Virus record (IMG/VR): IMGVR_UViG_3300020042_011666 | Span: 47,941 to 111,940 of that record | Origin: a virus | Length of the DNA stretch: 64,000 nucleotides | Direction: 5' to 3' (one strand) | In this document: piece by piece, positions 9,059-19,699 of the stretch | How the letters are laid out: every line of letters begins with the position of its first letter | How positions within the stretch are numbered: the stretch's first letter is position 1 | The notes under the pieces: generated by a model | Database searches by the model: none | Told to the model about the DNA's origin: nothing | Seen by the model: only the letters and a program-made list of their open reading frames with translations | Program-made: the position numbers and the translations under genes

Positions 9059-9681
9059 AATGTTTCGTAGTAGGAGTTCTGTCTTTCCTGTCTTTCGATT
9101 GTCTTAGGGTGAATCAAAGATAAAGCATCTACTTCAGGTAAAGCAGTATATTGTTTAAACCCAACGATCTTTTCGTGAACTTTATTCTCCCATTTAATCT
9201 CTGGGTTGTTTCTATAGACCCTACCTTGATAATCAGGGTAGTTCACTCTTCCGTTCTCTACTTTCCAACCCCATTTCTGTATATGCTCCTCGGTGAGACC
9301 ACTTACGGTATTAATCCTAGGAACATAGTACAGATCAACTTCGGGGTTAGCTTCGAGTATCTGATGGAGCAAATCAATAAATTCCTCAGGCAAATACTCG
9401 TCAGCATCAATTTGAAAGATAAAATCGCCGGTACAGGATTCAGATAACTTATTTTTCCAATTAGCAAAATGACCATCAAAATAACCTTCCTCTAGTCTTA
9501 TTGTACCTTTAGAATTAAATTCTCGTAAATAGTTAAGAAGATAAGAGGAGGGCTCGTTCTTACTTAAATCAACTAAAACAACAATTTCATCTTGGGGTTG
9601 TTTATATTGCCAAAGATGATTAAGTAGTCTTTGAATCTCTGCAAATTCATTGCAAACTGTAACGGCGTAACTAACTTTCAT
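9055..9681 (-). CDS. glycosyltransferase family 2
   Basis: Start reassigned to MKVSYAVTVCNE; FIFQIDADE (DxD), YPDYQGR, KVHEKI. Confidence 0.85.
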   Translation of the reverse strand: MKVSYAVTVCNEFAEIQRLLNHLWQYKQPQDEIVVLVDLSKNEPSSYLLNYLREFNSKGTIRLEEGYFDGHFANWKNKLSESCTGDFIFQIDADEYLPEEFIDLLHQILEANPEVDLYYVPRINTVSGLTEEHIQKWGWKVENGRVNYPDYQGRVYRNNPEIKWENKVHEKIVGFKQYTALPEVDALSLIHPKTIERQERQNSYYETL

Positions 9682-9682
9682 A

Positions 9683-10141
9683 TTATTCTGGTAATACTTC
9701 AATATACGAAAGACATTCCATAAAATCACCTTCTTCAAAATGTTTTATAGTACTCATATCCATTCTATACTCATAATATTCTCCCTTTTTACCGGGAAGT
9801 GGATATTTAGTTTTTTCTTCTTCTTTAACAGGTACGGCTTTAACCGCAGCCCATTTCCAATCGTGTTCTGAAACACCATCAGCAAATACCATTCCTTGAT
9901 TAGGAATGTTTACTACTGAGGGCATCCAAACAATACCTGTTTCCTCTTCCTCGCCCATAAGTGCTTTATATAAGTCAGGAAGGACAGCTAATTGTTCTTG
10001 AAGAAAATCACTATCTACTTTCATCAAAGTATTAGTTTGAAAACCACAGCCATAACAAAAGTATGTCTGAATTTCAGGAGTAATATCCTGAGTGTAGCAG
10101 GCATCCGAGCCGCAGCGTTTACAAATTGTTAAATTGTCCAT
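9683..10141 (-). CDS. zinc-ribbon hypothetical protein
   Basis: CKRC...CYGC pairs. Confidence 0.6.
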   Translation of the reverse strand: MDNLTICKRCGSDACYTQDITPEIQTYFCYGCGFQTNTLMKVDSDFLQEQLAVLPDLYKALMGEEEETGIVWMPSVVNIPNQGMVFADGVSEHDWKWAAVKAVPVKEEEKTKYPLPGKKGEYYEYRMDMSTIKHFEEGDFMECLSYIEVLPE

Positions 10142-10325
10142 GTATGTGTTTTTTATAATTTTCTAAAGCTTCTAATGATGCTTTTCTTTCTATTACGTTA
10201 GTTTTAGATACATAATTATTCATATACTTGCCCAGAAGTCTTTCGTGGGTTAGTTTCTGTACCTCTCTCCGGGTACGTTTAAGAAGGTATTTAAAGTTTA
10301 AAATAATTGTTATTAAGTCTTTCAT
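10119..10325 (-). CDS. hypothetical protein
   Basis: ORF track; coupled to neighbours. Confidence 0.5.
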   Translation of the reverse strand: MKDLITIILNFKYLLKRTRREVQKLTHERLLGKYMNNYVSKTNVIERKASLEALENYKKHIHGQFNNL

Positions 10326-11599
10326 TATAGTTTCTTTAATTGAGGTAGTTTAATTTGAACTTGAGCTGGAAAATTAGGAACATTTTTGTCTAACATTTTA
10401 CCTAGTTTTTCTTTCATTTTATCAAACGAAAATTCTGTTTTAGAACGGAATGCTTGACGCTTAGCTCCATCAGTGTAGTTTTTATAGTTTTCAAACACAT
10501 CTTTTAAATAATGTCCTATCGTTCCTGTGTCGGGAGAAAACCATTGTGACTCAGCTAAAATCATATTTGGTACTACTGCTGTTGGGTGCACATTAGTTAA
10601 TTGACCTGGAATTAAAGATACAAACTCACCATTAAGATAATCAGTATGTCCTGACCAAGCTGTAGTGATAATAGGTTTTTTAACTAATGAAAATTCAAGT
10701 AATGGACGACCAAAGCCTTCACCCTTAGTTAAATTAACCATTGCTTTTACTTTAGGGTGACTATATAATTGGCTAATTTCACTATCACTAAAATCACCGT
10801 GCAGTAAGTAAACATTAGGTACGTTTACACTATTAACGCTGGCTCTGATTTGGGCAATTTTATTTAGAATATCTTCTCGATCCATATATGATGCTCCAGC
10901 TCCTGATGTTTTAAGAATCAATGCTGGTTTTTTCATTTTATTTTTAAAGGTTTCATAGAAGGCTTTAACTAATAAACCAACATTCTTTCTATCCTCACCT
11001 ACATCACCTTGCAACCAATGTCCTAAAAACAAATAAGCAAAATCTTCTTTAATTGAACTTAAATCAATATCTTTAACTTTAGATGTTTCTAATGGATAAT
11101 ATTTTTCAATATCTGCTCCTTCAAATAATACTTCAACGGGTTTTTCTAGTTTAATAATACGAATTACTTGATTAGATTGTTGATCCTTCTGTTCAAAAGT
11201 AGTATTTTCAAATACCTGCTTTGCATGATTAGATGAAACCAAAGTAATATCCATTCTATTAACTCCATCAATCCATTCTGGAGCACAAACAGTAGTTTCA
11301 ATACCTGCGGTAAAACCAATATTATATTTTCCAATTGGTTGAAATTCATTAGGTACAGTTACCTGAGCCCAAATTTCGGGTTGTTTAGGTAATTGAGGTG
11401 TAGTTAACAGGTACTGCTTTAAAAATAACCATTCAACATGGTCTTCAATAAAGTTCCAAGGTGTATTACCCCAACGTTGTGGCATAATTTTTACCTCATA
11501 CTTATCTAATTCAATAATTGATTTAACTAAATCACGAGAACGTGAACCATATCCTGAGTATGTATCGATTGGGCAACTTATTACAAATAACGGTTTCAT
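10325..11599 (-). CDS. glycosyltransferase family 4
   Basis: SGYG, RKNVGLL, KGEGFGRPLLEF...KPII. Confidence 0.9.
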   Translation of the reverse strand: MKPLFVISCPIDTYSGYGSRSRDLVKSIIELDKYEVKIMPQRWGNTPWNFIEDHVEWLFLKQYLLTTPQLPKQPEIWAQVTVPNEFQPIGKYNIGFTAGIETTVCAPEWIDGVNRMDITLVSSNHAKQVFENTTFEQKDQQSNQVIRIIKLEKPVEVLFEGADIEKYYPLETSKVKDIDLSSIKEDFAYLFLGHWLQGDVGEDRKNVGLLVKAFYETFKNKMKKPALILKTSGAGASYMDREDILNKIAQIRASVNSVNVPNVYLLHGDFSDSEISQLYSHPKVKAMVNLTKGEGFGRPLLEFSLVKKPIITTAWSGHTDYLNGEFVSLIPGQLTNVHPTAVVPNMILAESQWFSPDTGTIGHYLKDVFENYKNYTDGAKRQAFRSKTEFSFDKMKEKLGKMLDKNVPNFPAQVQIKLPQLKKL

Positions 11600-13053
11600 T
11601 AATATATTAATTTATGTACAACTTGTTTTTTCTTTTTCTCACCAGCTAAAATTAGCTCGTATTTTTCTCTAGGTGTCCAGGTGTTAAATAACTTATCAAC
11701 ACTGTTAATAACTCGTTCACCCATTTTTTCAGCACTTAATCCGCCTTCATCACTCATAGCCCATTCACGACCTGCTAATCCCCGTCTTTGTCTTTCTTCA
11801 AGACTTAAATTGTAAATAGCCTCAATTTGGTCAGCAGCATCTTCGGCTTCACACCTGTCATCAAAAATGTAAGGTGTTGGTACTGAACCAACTAGTGAGC
11901 GAGATGTTGGGTATACTGGAAAGGCCCACTCGCCATGTTCTTTATAAGTACCTCTATGGTTTGATGGAAAATTCTTATCAAAATCCATCCATTTACCGTC
12001 TTTAACAAAGCGCATTTGGTCTTGCATTCCTCCCGTTACGTTAGCGATAATAGGTTTACCTGCTAACATAGCTTCAGTTAAACTTAATCCCCAACCTTCA
12101 TTAGATGTTAATAAAATTTGAGCGTCTGCAATGTTATATATCCAATTTAATTGTTGACTACCTGTAGGGCCATCAGTGAATATAACATTACAATAATCCT
12201 CAGGACATAGTAATTCAACTACAGCATTTAAATCAGTTCCATTATCATCTACTCGTTGAGTATGTAATATTAAACAACATTTTTTAGCTTGTTCTTTAGA
12301 TAATCTATCTACAAAATGCCTAAACGCTAAGATAGTATCTGGAATCTGTTTGCGCCTGATGTTTCTTGAGTTAAAGAATAAGACAAAATTATAGTCTGTC
12401 CCCTTAAATAGTTGTTTTTTAAAGTCTAAAAATTCTTTAGATTTAAATTCCTCATTAGTTAAAGGCCTAAAAGTGTTTTGGTTTACACCGTGAGGAACAT
12501 AATCAATAACTTTGTTTTTAGCTTTATCACCTAAAACCAATTTATTAATGTTTACTGTTTGTTTTGAAATACCTAACAACGCATCACAAGACTCATAAAA
12601 AACCTCATTGTACAATGGTGCTGGGTAGTCATCCCAAATGTTTAAATAAATAATAGGGGTTGTTTTGCGGATTTCATTTTCAATCTGGAATAACCAAGCC
12701 CAATAGCGAGGGTCAGTAATTAAGAAAATAGCATCTGGTTTTTCAATCTGAATTAATTGTCTTAGCAAGTCGGGATTTCCATACCCGTCAATTGGGTATA
12801 AAAATACGCTAGCATCATTAATGCCAATTTGGTTACCTGTATCAACGCTAATGTCAAATTTTTGACCAGCCTCAGGATGGTTAATAGCTCCACCAACATT
12901 CACCCAATTGTAGCGGTGACAAGTGTTAATTACGATTTCACGACCTACGTGAGCTACACCCGAATGAACTCGAATGTCATCACACATGATCATGATTTTT
13001 TTACGTTGGTCTTTTGGGATATAGTATTTATCCACTAATTCTTTATTTGGCAT
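11599..13053 (-). CDS. glycosyltransferase family 4
   Basis: HSGVA, VPHGV, RNIRRKQ, SNEGWGLSLTEAMLAGKPIIA. Confidence 0.9.
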   Translation of the reverse strand: MPNKELVDKYYIPKDQRKKIMIMCDDIRVHSGVAHVGREIVINTCHRYNWVNVGGAINHPEAGQKFDISVDTGNQIGINDASVFLYPIDGYGNPDLLRQLIQIEKPDAIFLITDPRYWAWLFQIENEIRKTTPIIYLNIWDDYPAPLYNEVFYESCDALLGISKQTVNINKLVLGDKAKNKVIDYVPHGVNQNTFRPLTNEEFKSKEFLDFKKQLFKGTDYNFVLFFNSRNIRRKQIPDTILAFRHFVDRLSKEQAKKCCLILHTQRVDDNGTDLNAVVELLCPEDYCNVIFTDGPTGSQQLNWIYNIADAQILLTSNEGWGLSLTEAMLAGKPIIANVTGGMQDQMRFVKDGKWMDFDKNFPSNHRGTYKEHGEWAFPVYPTSRSLVGSVPTPYIFDDRCEAEDAADQIEAIYNLSLEERQRRGLAGREWAMSDEGGLSAEKMGERVINSVDKLFNTWTPREKYELILAGEKKKKQVVHKLIY

Positions 13054-13071
13054 AACTGTTTTTTTAATAAA

Positions 13072-13254
13072 TTACTTTCCTACTGTGGTTTGACTGTGTA
13101 ATTGTTTTCTAAATTCATCGTCGTTAATATACAAATAAACTGCACGATTAACAAGTTTGTTTAAAGTAAATTTTCTTTTTACACATTCAATTTTGAAAGA
13201 CTCAAATAATTCTGTTTTAATTTTTACTGAGGTTAATGATAAATCTTTTTCCAT
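13072..13254 (-). CDS. ribbon-helix-helix-like DNA-binding protein
   Basis: LTSVKI beta strand followed by two helices (ELFESFKIEC, TLNKLVNRAVYLY). Confidence 0.55.
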   Translation of the reverse strand: MEKDLSLTSVKIKTELFESFKIECVKRKFTLNKLVNRAVYLYINDDEFRKQLHSQTTVGK

Positions 13255-13288
13255 AACGTTATATTTGTATATAAATATATAATTAGTC

Positions 13289-14230
13289 TTATTCCATTAA
13301 CTTATCACACAAAGAAGTTTCATTAAATGGGCAAAAAGAACAATGTCGTCCCGGGTTTTTAGGGTATATTTTTTGTTGTATTTTGCCATCTTTTTCAAAA
13401 CAATCTTCAATAAATAATTTCATTTCACTTAATGCTTTAGTCATTTTATTTTTACCTGAAGCAGGAATAAATTCTTGTACTCGCTTAGGGGGAAATAAAG
13501 CATTTTCATTTATTTTTCGTCTTACAATAAAATATTGAATGTTTATTTTTTCAACATCAATATTAAATTCTTGAGCAAAAAATTGTTTGTATAATATAAG
13601 TTGAAATTGTTTTATTTCATCTTTTTTAGCATAGTCATTCCATCCACCTGTACTTGTTTTAATATCAAAAATATAAAAACTATCATACTTTTCATCATAT
13701 AAAACAAAATCAAGAAACCCTTTATACAGTACTGAAGGGTATTCAGGGTGTGGGGTAATTACAAGAGGAAGTTCAATTCCCACTAAATGCCATCCTCGTT
13801 TACTAAAATATGAGGATCTATTCTTTTTAACATATTCTAAAATAGCAACGCCATCCTCATAAAACTCATTTAATTCCTCTGATGTAGCAAAATGTTTATC
13901 GTCATTAGCCTTTTTTTCATCTGAGTAGTGAAATATTAATCCCTCATATAGTTTATCATTTAAATCTATTTTATCAGCAACCGTTCCTGCTACTTCGTAC
14001 ATGACTTTTAACCAGTCTTGAACCGTTTCATGAAATGCCTTACCAAATACAGTATGGATAGAAGGTTTGTATGTTTTATTCTTATCTTTATAAGTAAGTG
14101 CCCATTTATAATGGCAAGTCTTATACATTGAAAATTGACTATACGATACCGAATTATTTTCTGAGTAGTCAATAACCTTAGGAGTGTGTTTTTTTATCTC
14201 CTTGAGTATTTTAGGTAACTTTTTAGCCAT
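13289..14230 (-). CDS. PD-(D/E)XK exonuclease, Cas4/RecB-like with Fe-S cysteines
   Basis: SYSQ..YKTC, FGKAFH, GFLD, FDIKT, QLILY, C-terminal CSFC-x7-C. Confidence 0.85.
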   Translation of the reverse strand: MAKKLPKILKEIKKHTPKVIDYSENNSVSYSQFSMYKTCHYKWALTYKDKNKTYKPSIHTVFGKAFHETVQDWLKVMYEVAGTVADKIDLNDKLYEGLIFHYSDEKKANDDKHFATSEELNEFYEDGVAILEYVKKNRSSYFSKRGWHLVGIELPLVITPHPEYPSVLYKGFLDFVLYDEKYDSFYIFDIKTSTGGWNDYAKKDEIKQFQLILYKQFFAQEFNIDVEKINIQYFIVRRKINENALFPPKRVQEFIPASGKNKMTKALSEMKLFIEDCFEKDGKIQQKIYPKNPGRHCSFCPFNETSLCDKLME

Positions 14231-14664
14231 TACTTTAATTCTTTAACTAGCTTTTTGATTTCTTTTTCATTAATTCCCATTCCACTTAAAATACTTTCAA
14301 CCCCTGTTTTATCTAATAGGGTTGAGTACTCTTCGGCTTCACCTAAGGAACATGAAAAATAATCAGCAAGTTTAGCTACTAATTCATCATTAGGACTTGT
14401 GTAATTACTTTTTACATACTTGAAAAATATTTTCTTTTTCGGCAACATACTTTTATACAGCAAATAAATTTTTTTCTTTTCGGTATATGGGATTTTTTGT
14501 ACTATATTAACTAAATCAACATACGGTTCATACATAGAAATAAATCTATGAATTATGTAAGGATTAAAGGACTCTCTATCATTTTCTTCAAAAGAGTCCC
14601 AATCCTGTTTTCCTATGGTAATATTATCTAGCCAATTAAATAATGTGATCGGCATATTCCTCAC
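14230..14664 (-). CDS. clamp loader small subunit (T4 gp62-like)
   Basis: FNPYIIHRFISM...LPKKKIFFKYVK...YFSCS..EAEEY; near the gp44-like gene. Confidence 0.8.
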   Translation of the reverse strand: MRNMPITLFNWLDNITIGKQDWDSFEENDRESFNPYIIHRFISMYEPYVDLVNIVQKIPYTEKKKIYLLYKSMLPKKKIFFKYVKSNYTSPNDELVAKLADYFSCSLGEAEEYSTLLDKTGVESILSGMGINEKEIKKLVKELK

Positions 14665-14878
14665 GTAGGTCTTTAGGTACCATTCCCTCTAGCATTTTTC
14701 CTGTTTGTGGGTCAAAAAATACAGGGATAGGAACAATAGCATCATCAGGAGTTCCAGCAATAAATTTGCTTACTTTACGTAAAATAACTCCTTCTTGCCA
14801 TACTGGAGAACCACTTGCAGTGTGTAATCCGGTTGTGGCTTTCAAGTCAAAATTCATTTTTAATTCGGGTTGTTTCAT
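14636..14878 (-). CDS. hypothetical protein
   Basis: ORF track; inside the replication operon. Confidence 0.6.
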   Translation of the reverse strand: MKQPELKMNFDLKATTGLHTASGSPVWQEGVILRKVSKFIAGTPDDAIVPIPVFFDPQTGKMLEGMVPKDLREEYADHII

Positions 14879-14881
14879 TTT

Positions 14882-15079
14882 TTATTTATTTATAGGTTCA
14901 AATTCAATATCATCTACTTTTCGGCAAAAGTAAAAATCATTATTATCTTTTAATACAGTATCACACATCCACATGTCTTTTAAAGCATCAATCATTTCTT
15001 TATCTTCCCGTTTAAATGTTAATTTACGAAAAGGAACATACAAAACCCCATCTTTATTAAACATTTTTGGCAATATCAT
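14882..15079 (-). CDS. hypothetical protein
   Basis: ORF track. Confidence 0.55.
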   Translation of the reverse strand: MILPKMFNKDGVLYVPFRKLTFKREDKEMIDALKDMWMCDTVLKDNNDFYFCRKVDDIEFEPINK

Positions 15080-16011
15080 ATTACTTGTTTCTTAGAAATT
15101 ACTGATAAGATTTGGGAGATACAGGACATTATATTAATTTCTTTATCTACCCTAAATCCTGCTTGATATTGCATTTCGGATAAAGTAATAATTATTTCAC
15201 CTTCTCTACCACTAGCATACTCATTTATTTCTTCAAATAAAAATCTAAATAAATCATCATAATCATTTACTCCTGAATTAGCAATTATTTGTCTAATTTG
15301 GGTGAATGATGTTTGGGTAGGTTTCTTTAAAATATTAAGTACTTGACTTTGATAAGTATTAGATACTAATAATGTAGAATCAAGTTTTAATGTATTATCA
15401 ATAGTAGATGATTGACATACATTAAGTGTTTTACGCAAATCAGGATAATATTTGTTAATAATAACAACTAGATCCTTAATGTCATAGTTAATTCCTTCAC
15501 TATCTAAAACCGAGGCAACGTGGCGAGCGGAATCTGATTTGTTAGGGGGTATAATTTTTAAAACATGACATCGTGATTGGAGGGGATCAATAATACGTTC
15601 AACATAATTACAAGTTAAAATAAATCTTGTAGTACGTGAAAACGTTTCAATTATATTCCTTAAGGATGCTTGTGCTTGAATTGTTAAAAAATCAGCCTCA
15701 TCTAATATAATCACTTTAAGTGGTTTAAATGAGGCTGTGCTAGCAAATGATTGTACTTTATCTCTAATTGTATCAATACCTCTTTCATCACTAGCATTAA
15801 TATATAGGTAGTCACAATCAATTTTAGATACAATAAGTTTAGCTAGTGTAGTTTTACCTGTACCTGCAGGGCCATAGAAGATAAAGTTTTGGATATCGTT
15901 TTGGTCTAAGTATTGTTGGATAATAGCTTTAACACTTTCATTACCAACATAATTAGCTAATTCACTTGGACGATATTTTTCAACTAATAAAGTATGTTCT
16001 CGTTTATTCAT
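15076..16011 (-). CDS. clamp loader AAA+ ATPase subunit (RFC / T4 gp44-like)
   Basis: [33 protein letters not shown]. Confidence 0.95.
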   Translation of the reverse strand: MNKREHTLLVEKYRPSELANYVGNESVKAIIQQYLDQNDIQNFIFYGPAGTGKTTLAKLIVSKIDCDYLYINASDERGIDTIRDKVQSFASTASFKPLKVIILDEADFLTIQAQASLRNIIETFSRTTRFILTCNYVERIIDPLQSRCHVLKIIPPNKSDSARHVASVLDSEGINYDIKDLVVIINKYYPDLRKTLNVCQSSTIDNTLKLDSTLLVSNTYQSQVLNILKKPTQTSFTQIRQIIANSGVNDYDDLFRFLFEEINEYASGREGEIIITLSEMQYQAGFRVDKEINIMSCISQILSVISKKQVI

Positions 16012-16240
16012 CTTCCCCGTAAATGTTATATGTTTTAGGTTTTACCTCAGAATTTTCTTCTATAATAACATACAATTTTCCTTTTAAAGGTTCAAGTCTA
16101 AAGGCTTGAGGTTTTGTAACACATGAAACGTAATAAGCGTTTAATGCTTCAGTTAATGAGTTATAAATTATACCATTTACATCCCACCTGTCTCCAGGGG
16201 CAACACGATTAGCGAGTTCAATATTTTTTTCTTGTTTCAT
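16004..16240 (-). CDS. hypothetical protein
   Basis: ORF track. Confidence 0.55.
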   Translation of the reverse strand: MKQEKNIELANRVAPGDRWDVNGIIYNSLTEALNAYYVSCVTKPQAFRLEPLKGKLYVIIEENSEVKPKTYNIYGEDE

Positions 16241-16422
16241 AACTTTATTTGTTTAATAATGTAGGGTAATAGGGAATCTAATGGATGATTTACAGATACA
16301 CCTTTATTATTTAATGTAATATATAAACTTCCCAAATCAGGAACAATGTATACATTAGTTATAACATAAGTTATATCCTCAATTATTAGTGTATTCCCTA
16401 TTAGTCCTACAGCATCTCTCAT
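16237..16422 (-). CDS. hypothetical protein
   Basis: ORF track. Confidence 0.5.
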   Translation of the reverse strand: MRDAVGLIGNTLIIEDITYVITNVYIVPDLGSLYITLNNKGVSVNHPLDSLLPYIIKQIKL

Positions 16423-16423
16423 T

Positions 16424-18040
16424 TTAATACATTTCAGGCATTCCGCCTAAACTAGCATCATCTTTATTGTCTTCTAATTTATCAACTACAACAGCCTCAG
16501 TTAATAGAATAGTTCCTGCTACTGAAGCAGCGTTTTGAAGTGCAGTACGAGTTACTTTAGTAGGATCGATTACACCAATTGTTTTCATGTCATCAAAATC
16601 ATCCGTTTTAAGATTAAATCCATACCAATAGTCACCACCTGTAGCTCCAGATAAAGCATTGTAAATATCTTCTTGTACGTATCCGGCATTAGATAAAATT
16701 TTCTTAAATGGACTTGAACATACTTCATATACAATTTTACTTCCAATGTTGTTAAAATCTTTAATACCATTTCGAGCGTGCAATAAAGCCATTCCACCAC
16801 CAGGTACAATACCTTCTTCAATTGCTGCTTTAGTTGCATGGAGAGCATCTTCAACACGGTCTTTCTTTTCTCTCATTTCGGTTTCAGTATTTCCACCTAC
16901 ATAAACAATAGCAACTCCACCTACCATTTTAGCTAAACGTTCTTGTAGTTTTTCAACTTCAAATGCTGATTTAGCGTGTTCGATTTGGTGTTGAAGGTCT
17001 TCAACTCGTGCTTTAATTTTTTCTTCATCTCCACCACCATCAACTAAAGTAGTTTCTTCTTTGCTAATAGTTGCTAAACGACACTCACCTAACCAATCTA
17101 GATTAAATTTATCAAGTTTCATACCACGATCAGGAGAAACAACAGTTCCACCAGTTAAGGTAGCAATGTCTTCCATAATTAATGATCTACGGTCACCAAA
17201 GTCAGGGGCTTTAACAGCACATACTTTTAATAGGCCTCTCATTTTGTTTACAATAAGAGTAGCTAATGCCTCACCATCAATATCTTCAGCAATAATTAAC
17301 AAAGGACGATTTTGATTAGACATGTTTTCAAGTAAAGGTAATAATTCTTTTACTTGGGTTAATTTTTTCTCATAAATTAATACTCTAGGGCGTTCTAAAA
17401 CAGACTGCATAGTACTGTTATTAGTAACAAAGTATGGAGATTTAAATCCACGATCAAACTGCATACCTTCTACTGTTTCAAGGTATGTTTCACCGGTACG
17501 AGATTCCTCAATTGTAACAACTCCATCACGACCTACTTTTTCCATTGCGGTAGCAATTAAAGCCCCAACTTCCGGATCATTATTTGCTGAAATGGTTGCG
17601 ATTTGAGTTAATTGTTCTTCAGATGAGATTTCCTCAGAAATTTCGGTTTGAAGGTGCTCAATTACTTCTTTAACAGCTTTATCAATACCTCTTTTAATTT
17701 CTACAGCATTCATTCCATTATTTAAATGTGTTAAACCAGCTTTAACCATTTCTTGAGCCAACAATGTAGATGTGGTTGTACCATCACCTGCATTGTCTGC
17801 GGTTTTAATAGCGGCTTGTTTAACCATCTGAACACCTAATTCTTCAATTGGGTCCTCTAATGAAATTGATTTTGCTACAGTAACACCATCTTTAGTAGAT
17901 TGAGGATATTCATTTGCTTTTGAAATAACAACATTTCGTCCATTAGGACCTAAAGTTGCTGTAACTGCGTTTGCTAACTTATCAATGCCGTTAGCTAATT
18001 TTCTTCGGGCTTCTGGGCCAAACTCTATAACTTTGCTCAT
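16424..18040 (-). CDS. groEL: chaperonin GroEL
   Basis: [58 protein letters not shown]. Confidence 0.98.
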   Translation of the reverse strand: MSKVIEFGPEARRKLANGIDKLANAVTATLGPNGRNVVISKANEYPQSTKDGVTVAKSISLEDPIEELGVQMVKQAAIKTADNAGDGTTTSTLLAQEMVKAGLTHLNNGMNAVEIKRGIDKAVKEVIEHLQTEISEEISSEEQLTQIATISANNDPEVGALIATAMEKVGRDGVVTIEESRTGETYLETVEGMQFDRGFKSPYFVTNNSTMQSVLERPRVLIYEKKLTQVKELLPLLENMSNQNRPLLIIAEDIDGEALATLIVNKMRGLLKVCAVKAPDFGDRRSLIMEDIATLTGGTVVSPDRGMKLDKFNLDWLGECRLATISKEETTLVDGGGDEEKIKARVEDLQHQIEHAKSAFEVEKLQERLAKMVGGVAIVYVGGNTETEMREKKDRVEDALHATKAAIEEGIVPGGGMALLHARNGIKDFNNIGSKIVYEVCSSPFKKILSNAGYVQEDIYNALSGATGGDYWYGFNLKTDDFDDMKTIGVIDPTKVTRTALQNAASVAGTILLTEAVVVDKLEDNKDDASLGGMPEMY

Positions 18041-18041
18041 A

Positions 18042-18326
18042 TTAATCTATAATTGCTAAAACTAATTTTTCACTACAAACATAATATTCTTGCCCCTCAT
18101 ATTCGGTTTTAGTAGGACCCATAGGTGGGACAATTACTTTTTGTCCTTCTTTTAATGTAGTTGGAACCATAGTGCCAGCAATAGTCCAGCTACCTGGTCC
18201 AACTGATACAATAGTGCCCATTAAACTTCTGTCTTTACCAATGTCGGGTACAATAATGTTACCGTACATGGTTTCTTCTTCTGTGTGTGGTTTAATTACC
18301 ACGTTATCAAAAACTGCTTTTATCAT
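18042..18326 (-). CDS. groES: co-chaperonin GroES
   Basis: FDNVVIK, GNIIVPD, GTIVSVGPG, GQEY; directly upstream of groEL. Confidence 0.92.
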   Translation of the reverse strand: MIKAVFDNVVIKPHTEEETMYGNIIVPDIGKDRSLMGTIVSVGPGSWTIAGTMVPTTLKEGQKVIVPPMGPTKTEYEGQEYYVCSEKLVLAIID

Positions 18327-18334
18327 AATCTTAT

Positions 18335-18365
18335 TAAATATACAAACTTTATTTTAAGTAACCAA
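18335..18365 (-). promoter_or_regulatory. Bacteroidota sigma-A-type promoter upstream of groES
   Basis: TTG-N20-TATATTTA. Confidence 0.7.
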
Positions 18366-18377
18366 ATTTATTATAAA

Positions 18378-18710
18378 TTAAATACCAAAACTCTCACCAC
18401 AACCACAAGTCCTGCTTGCGTTTGGATTAGTGAATAAGAATCCTTTACCATTTAATCCTTCTGTAAAATCTAATTCGGTCCCTAATAAATATAATAAGGA
18501 CCTTTTATCAATAACTAATTTTAAACCTTGGTCTTCTGATATTTCATCAAAAGGAACTATCGTATCATCAAAGTCTAAATCATAAGTTAAACCAGAACAA
18601 CCTCCACCTTTCACCGATACTCTTAAAAAATGATCTTCGGTGCATTGTTCCTCCACCATCAGTTTGTCTAATTGGGATTTGGCTTTCGTGGTCAAAGTGA
18701 ATATTTTCAT
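18378..18710 (-). CDS. iscA: A-type Fe-S cluster carrier protein (IscA/HesB)
   Basis: LRVSVKGGGCSGLTY, LDF, NPNASRTCGCGESF. Confidence 0.95.
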   Translation of the reverse strand: MKIFTLTTKAKSQLDKLMVEEQCTEDHFLRVSVKGGGCSGLTYDLDFDDTIVPFDEISEDQGLKLVIDKRSLLYLLGTELDFTEGLNGKGFLFTNPNASRTCGCGESFGI

Positions 18711-18867
18711 TTCCTATGGTATGTTTTGGTTTGTATGGACAATTTAAGCATTTATTTCCGCAACACCTACCTAATTTAAGTAAAGTTTTTGCTGATGGTG
18801 GGAGTGGTTTTTGTTTTAAGCTATACCAATCATCATCATCTAATCGTTCAAGTGTTTTTTTATCCAT
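18580..18867 (-). CDS. Cys-rich small protein (DUF5522-like); 3' end overlaps iscA
   Basis: LLKLGRCCGNKCLNCPY motif; last ~43 codons overlap iscA in another frame. Confidence 0.55.
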   Translation of the reverse strand: MDKKTLERLDDDDWYSLKQKPLPPSAKTLLKLGRCCGNKCLNCPYKPKHTIGNENIHFDHESQIPIRQTDGGGTMHRRSFFKSIGERWRLFWFNL

Positions 18868-18926
18868 TTATGCCATATTTTATATATATTAACTAGTTTT
18901 AATATTCTTAATTTTTATAAATAAGA

Positions 18927-19664
18927 TTATTTTTCTTTACAAACTAGATAATATAAACTAGAAACTGTTTCATCAATAAATTCTAACTTAATTAATCCTT
19001 TATCAAAAATACTCATACGAGCGCTGCTAGCTCCCTTATTAGCATCCAATACTTCTTTTAATAGGTCAGAATTAAAAATTGCGTTTAAATCGATTATCCC
19101 TTGAACTTCAACGGAGTTTATGTCGTACGAGATTCTGTTGGAATAATCGTTTATATCGCCGAAATTTACCACTAAATTGTGCCCACCGTCTAAATTTTTA
19201 TCCAGGTTAAATATAACAGTATTGATTTTAGGAAGTGCGTTTTTGGCTCTAATCATAGCGCTAATTGCCTCAAAATCTAAATCAGCTACAACTTGATATA
19301 CTTCAGGTTCTTTTACCTTACCAACTTCGGGAATTAATGAGGCATCAGCAAGTGAAAATTGTATATTGAATTGGGCATCAGATAAAACTAATTTAGTATT
19401 AACTTTTCCTTTACTTATAACATCTAAATTAATATTGCCTGAGGTAATTTGGAGTTGTCTATCTAATAAAGAAGTATCATAAATGGCTAATTCAGTGTCT
19501 TTAAGTGGGAAATCAACAGCCTTAATGTTTCCAACCATATCACTATTTTTAGTAATAAAATCAATAACTAAATTGTTATCTTCAATTTTCCAAATAACCG
19601 AATCACACAGTCCTTTTAAATAATACTTATCAATAATAGAGGAAAGTAGTTTTTTATCTATCAT
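18927..19664 (-). CDS. DNA polymerase sliding clamp (T4 gp45-like)
   Basis: 245 aa alpha/beta protein, AIYD..L, C-terminal GLIKLEF...YYLV; follows PolB. Confidence 0.75.
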   Translation of the reverse strand: MIDKKLLSSIIDKYYLKGLCDSVIWKIEDNNLVIDFITKNSDMVGNIKAVDFPLKDTELAIYDTSLLDRQLQITSGNINLDVISKGKVNTKLVLSDAQFNIQFSLADASLIPEVGKVKEPEVYQVVADLDFEAISAMIRAKNALPKINTVIFNLDKNLDGGHNLVVNFGDINDYSNRISYDINSVEVQGIIDLNAIFNSDLLKEVLDANKGASSARMSIFDKGLIKLEFIDETVSSLYYLVCKEK

Positions 19665-19668
19665 GTCT

Positions 19669-19699
19669 ATAATATACGAATAAAATTTTAATTATCCAA
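19669..19699 (-). promoter_or_regulatory. Bacteroidota sigma-A-type promoter
   Basis: TTG-N20-TATATTAT. Confidence 0.65.

Noticed and set aside
13289-14230. CRISPR-Cas system suggested by the Cas4-like nuclease
   Set aside because: No repeat-spacer array or other cas genes; solo Cas4-like exonucleases are common in phage replication modules
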